A stretch of 63,956 nucleotides of DNA, counting the filler, from Lenisia limosa (lineage: Eukaryota > Protista > Breviatea), in assembly GCA_001655205.1 (NCBI GenBank). It is 8 parts of 8 records of this genome, joined end to end, with 100 filler letters (N's around TTAATTAATTAA, not from the genome) between each part and the next. Parts side by side here need not be neighbours in the genome. Positions count along the whole stretch, not along the records: positions 58,416 to 63,956 come from LPNZ01005859.1; 7 more parts are not named here. One strand, 5' to 3'. Both the position numbers and the translations under genes were made by a program. A model generated the notes under the pieces. It was given only the letters and a program-made list of their open reading frames with translations. It did no database searches and was not told the origin of the DNA. Shown piece after piece: positions 58,572 to 63,956 of this stretch. Positions within the stretch are counted from its first letter, which is position 1, and each line of letters starts with the position of its first letter.

Positions 58572-61500
58572 TTACGTCATACTCTGGTAACAGACTGATA
58601 GAACTTTTGTTGGGATCTGTGAATGTCGTTCGAATCTAAAAACGTCAGCAATAACAAGAGTATTTGTGTAAAAATGAATTTCTGATTTGGTATTTAAAAG
58701 TGGCTTTTTGTCAAAATAGAAAACCCACTTGAGATTTCAATTAGTTTTAAAATGAATTATTTGTTTAATTAATGATATTTGAAAGGTCTCAAAAAATTCT
58801 ATTTTTTGGCATTTTGAACTAATGCCTTTTTTATTATTATTTTATACACAATAATTTCAACGAAAAAAGTCATAAAGCATTGCTAAAAACATAATATGCA
58901 CTACATGTTTTCAATGTTTGTTTACTTACCATACAAACCAATACCCGCAATACCCACCTCAAAATCGTCGATTCTGTTGGAGTTGTACATGCCAATTGTA
59001 TTTGGGCCGATAATTAGCGGTCTGGTTGTGTTTGGGGCCTCCCTGTGCCGGTTATACACATTTGCAAATTTCATCAAAAGTTATATTCATCAAAACACAC
59101 CAAATACTCCAAAATTTATAATCAATAGAATTTAAGTAATAATTAAACCAGAAACACCTACTTGATCATTCTCTCGAGTTCCCTTTGTTTGCCCTTCCCG
59201 GATTCAGTTTCGCCAAAGCCAGAAGAAATAATCTTGAGGGAATTAACAAAATAATAAGGTAAACATCAAGGATAAGAAAACTGCACCATCGATACAGTTG
59301 ATGAACTGAGAATGGATTTGGCGCACTTAGGCGCAATGCCTTTGAATTCATAAATAGTTGGATTGTCATTATTTATGTGAATCCCATATAATATTGTGTA
59401 AACCTCTGAAATTATTGGAGTCCCAAATATGGCATGGGTACCCAAAATGGATTGCTTTTTGAAAAACCCCTGGTTGCCAAAATTTACCTTTTGTTTGTAT
59501 TAATTATTACTACTTTTGTCACTGTTTTTTAATCACAGATACATAAAATAATACCACATTAATCGTTGATGACCCTAAACCTACTTGTACACAATTGGTG
59601 AAAACGTCAAGAATTGAATTGGCGATGTAGGAAAACGCTTCATCAGCAGACACGCAAATGACAAAGAGATCAACAGGCTCATCCCTAGGTTGTTAGTCAA
59701 TATTATGAAATTGTTGACCATATTCATCCTTTTGTAAAATTATTATTAAAATATAATATTTCGGACAGTGTGTAATCTTTATTCTTTCTTGCTAGTTCAT
59801 ATTATTATATTTATTGAAAGAATTTATTGATGGATGACAATTTGTTGAGATGGTTCCATATATGTATAGTATATATGATATGAAATATTATAGATGAGAA
59901 ATATAACAAGGCAAGTTTGTTAGGGCCGAATCCGTCCACATTAACGCTTATAAAAATTCAAAATCGGCCCCACTCTCTGGCGATCATGACCGACTCCATG
60001 TCTATGTAGGTCTTGATACCCTGGATTGAGGCACATTTGGGGTGAATGACGTAAACACTTTCTTGGGGAATGGTTTTCATGACGTTACTGAGGATCACTG
60101 ATCCTGGTTTCTATATTGGGGCAAATCAGTGACATTTATAATGTTGAAATTAGAATTCACACACTAATTGTTGAAGGTGTATACTATTAAATACACTGAG
60201 ATTAAATTATTGAAACACACTTTGAAATTAACAAAAATAATGTGTAAAATGAGTATGATATCATTCAAGTTTCCTGAATATCAGGAAGGAATACAAAACC
60301 TAAGCACCTTCAAACATCAAGATCCTTTTGATAACAAAATATCAGAAACATATCAGTAGTAGTAATCTAGGAGTTTAAAGTAATTCAGCTTGTTATTCAC
60401 ATCATATCGTGAAAAATTATTCAAAATAAAATTCTTCCTTCTCTCTTGCAAAAGTTCAAATTTCAAAGTATGAGGTATTTGTGAAGTCGGTTATGAGAAA
60501 GCCTCCGTGCAAAAGTGATACAAACTGTAATGGAAACTCAATTTCAGAGACTTAATTTTCAAATTTTGTTAATTAATTGCATTGAATCCTAGTTATTAGC
60601 CAAGTGTGACAATATTGGACTCATATTACTTCCTTGCCTTTGGAAACATACCACAAACCGTCATGGACTTGCTAGAAGCGCCGACAATAGCCACTGATCG
60701 CGGCTGAAGGTAGTCTTCGAGCTTACTGAGGTTTCGATGCATTGGAGCGTGGTGGTAAGGAGAAATGGATCCCTGAAGTGTAAATGGAATCAAGATCATT
60801 CTTCTATTCATTGCGATAACACCTGGCACGATTGACTAAAGATATCACTTAATATCCTTGTCAAATTGAAAATCCCAAGGTAAACTGAAATTTTGTAATT
60901 CATACTTGTAAATTTGTGAAATTAATCTCTTCACAACCAACCGAAGCGTCAAGAGCAACCAAAGAAAAGTGAGGGGTGATGGCAACAGGATTGACTTCGA
61001 TTTCGTTGATGATGAAAGGAGCTTTGGGGTTGAAAGACCTAAAGAATCATCTCATACAGTTTTTGTTGTTAATGCTCAACTAATCGTAAAGGCATCTCAT
61101 ACACGTTGATAGTAGTTTATTTACCATTTGTAGGAACAATATGGTATGGTATGTACATACGTCTTCTGCAAGATTGTCGATTTTAAACGCTTGAGTTACC
61201 CCTACTCCAACCGCCAAAAACACTCAACCTTCTTCCCCACGCCACCAACGCCCACTGTCCCCACCCTAACTTACGAATAGTTTTTGATCAAATTGGCAAA
61301 GTTGTTTAGAACTTTAGTCAGTAAGTTGAGGTCAATGAGACAGCCGACTCCTCGAACGGACCCCGTAATTAGCTTGATTAGCGCCAAGTCTAAATATGAC
61401 AAATGAGAATAAATAGGAAATCATGTCAAAGTCGTCCAACATCATTACTTTTATAATAGAAATTGTTTTTACTAAATCTAAATAGTTTATCTTGAATTAT

Positions 61501-63575
61501 TGCATGATTTAGTTGGCAGTTGGGACGAATTTCTCCTTAATTATTAATACAAATAACTACTCATAAAATGTTAAGGTTTCCATGTAAGTATCACGTGAAT
61601 ATTTCGGGAGAGTAAATTTTTTAAAACAATTTGGCATAAATTTACTGTAAACTACAATCATACAACCTTTCCTCACCCTTCAGTGCGTCCTTGTTGATTT
61701 CCTGATGCATGACTGCGAAAGTCTCATGCTGAACCCCAGGTTTCATAACAGACTACATTGGTGAGTATTATATTGGAAGAGGATATAAAAAAACAAGGTT
61801 ATTTGTTTTCGAAGCCGTTCACACCATCACGCTTTTTTAACTCTATCCAACCTTAAGATACTCAATACTGGTACCTCCAAAGGCTACTGAAACACATGGA
61901 CCGAATTCACGATCTTGATGCGCTGAAATGAGGAGTTCACCTAAATCATTAATTATTTTTTTCTTGTTCAAAAGTGTATTAGACACAAAAATATTGTTTT
62001 GGATAAAACAGTACCTCCAAGCTGGCTGGCATGGGGTATCATTTCACAAAAGAGAATCGATCGAAGTTCGTATCCGTTGCGTTGAACATCAGTAAAGAGC
62101 ATGTCAATGGACTGTTGCATGTTCCATTCCTGAAAGGATCAAAGGATTATTCCCATCCAAAGGAAGATCAAATCATAAAATGGTCAAATAGTACAATAAT
62201 AAGATGGCTGAAATACTTGGACTGTCCATTCCTGAAATGGTCAAATAATACAACTGGCACACCTACCAAGATCAAATACTAATATGACCAATAATATTAC
62301 ACTATAATATGACTATTAACAATTGAGTGTCAATCTAACATTATTGTAAAATAAAATGTAATTCGATTTCTTGGTACTAAAAATAGCACTTTTAACAATA
62401 CATTTTCTCGGAATCTATAAATTACGTATTTTGATTAATATAGGCACTATATTACATAACCTGCACAGAATTAACACTGGCTACTCACATTAACATCAAA
62501 TAACATTCTTTATCCTCACATTATTATCAGCTAAACACGCCACTAACATCAACACCAAGACGAACAGCTCCAATATCGGTCTTATGCGGGACTAGCACGC
62601 CATTTTTGTACACCACGCCTTTTGCAGCCCATGTCCGTCCTAAAATATCAGAACTTTTTATGTGTGGAAAGTACTACTTTCGATTTCAAAACATATATAT
62701 GTCAAACATCATGTATAACAAGGTTAAATCGAGGATTTAGTCTGTTCTGAACCTATAGTAGAGCTGGTTAGAACTGCATCATTATGGCTCCAGTAATCGC
62801 GGCAAAGCTGATAAATACTATGGTTACCAGTTCGATTCGTCAAAAGTAATTGAATTGGGTTTAAACCGAACAAAACCGAAGTAAATCACTAATTGATGGG
62901 GAATTTTTAAAAAAGAACCACCAAAGTGTCAACTTATGCTACTGTACCAAAATGCTATGAAGAATTGTGAGAATGGACCGTATATATTCCGACAATTCAA
63001 AAAGAGGTATGATGTGCTTGTTTAATTAAAACTGATATTTTCACAGCGTTATCACGCATTATTTCCCCCGAAAAACTCTACCTAGCATACCAGTTAACTG
63101 GCGCTTTGCCTCATTGGGGTCAATAGGAAGGGGAATCAGGACCGTGTATGGGATATTGATGCCGGTTGATGCTACCAAATTGTATGCTTCAAATCTTGAC
63201 AAATGACAAAAGGTTCATGGAGAGGGATGAATAGTTAATTGTTAATTTATGTATTTTACAATGCCAATTTCTTGCAAAAACAGACGAAATCTCAACAGTA
63301 TATTGAAAGTGAGTCAAACTTGCAATGTAACTCTGCTGTTTTATTAGAATTACAAGTCATTTCGCCAAAGTGAAGAGGCTTACTCGGGTAGTTGGACGGT
63401 ATCGGACTGCTCTTTGGAGGGGAAGAAGCTTTTGAGCTTCATTTCGGCTTGGGGAGGCAGGGCTCCTGGAGGGTGCAATCCTTGAGGACCGTTCACTTCG
63501 TTTTTGAACGGCGACATTTGGGATAAAATTGGCATTCTTTTTGCCACCTTTGCAGGGGGCTCCCCTATAAAGTGT
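58572..63575 (-). CDS. ADP-forming acetyl-CoA synthetase (acetate-CoA ligase), beta-alpha fusion; 3' part cut by linker 58316-58415
   Basis: ATP-grasp (beta) motifs come first: LPEFEAYNLVASTGINIP, PHKTDIGAV, DREFGPCVSVAFGG, INEIEVNP...VALDA. CoA-binding (alpha) motifs follow: YLQPRSVAIVGASS, YVIHPK, VDLFVICV, IISSGFGE, LIIGPNTIG. Confidence 0.88.
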
Positions 63576-63956
63576 AACTTAATACATAACTTAGTTTGCA
63601 ATAAAGCTTCAATTACAAATCGGATCAAAGCGGTCAAACAAACAATACAAACAACCTTTTATAATATGATGATATGATAAATAACAAAGTTAGTTTTCAT
63701 TTGATACCATCCGCACATTCTTAGAATAGGAATTTGATTATAAAATATTTCATACAATTGATTCAAACTGGAGTTTTCGAATATGCCCTCTTCAGATTAT
63801 AAAATCAGAAGCACTTGTTATTAATGCTCCTATATTCCGAAAAAGACCATCAAGATATGATACTTAGCGAGAATTTATCGAGAAATTCACTCTTTTTTGA
63901 GACCGTACCCTACTTGTTATAGTCCTGACCAGTCCCAGGATGAACCCCCCCCCCCT

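Noticed and set aside
58896-59135. Hydrophobic + strand ORF that looks like a continuation of the membrane protein gene
   Set aside because: It is antisense to the ACS LIIGPNTIG exon and lies beyond a linker, on another contig.

Overview
Eukaryotic nuclear DNA from an intron-rich genome (AT-rich introns, GT-AG splicing, standard code in the genes I could reconstruct). It is probably an anaerobic or microaerophilic protist, because it carries an ADP-forming acetyl-CoA synthetase; the species cannot be identified from this sequence. The window is 8 pieces joined by artificial 100-nt linkers (N44-TTAATTAATTAA-N44), so several genes are cut at the joins and adjacency across joins is not evidence of linkage. 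About 16 spliced genes were reconstructed by eye: a heparinase II/III-like lyase, WDR44-like, an EHD/sarcalumenin-like GTPase, a degenerate P4-ATPase-like protein, a coiled-coil protein, a gene with a pogo/CENP-B-like HTH, an ankyrin protein, SETD6-like, eIF4E, a ZCCHC8-like zinc knuckle protein, a two-finger GATA protein, a multi-pass membrane protein, a beta-alpha acetyl-CoA synthetase, and unknowns. Exon boundaries are approximate. The introns hold at least 7 families of small repeats. Three are palindromic TA-flanked MITEs (about 20 copies of one; one is nested in another). Two are non-palindromic elements that lie almost always in the sense orientation of the host gene (8/8 and 9/10 copies). 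Introns also show a polarity, with G-tracts after donors and C-tracts before acceptors. No rRNA, tRNA or CRISPR array was seen.
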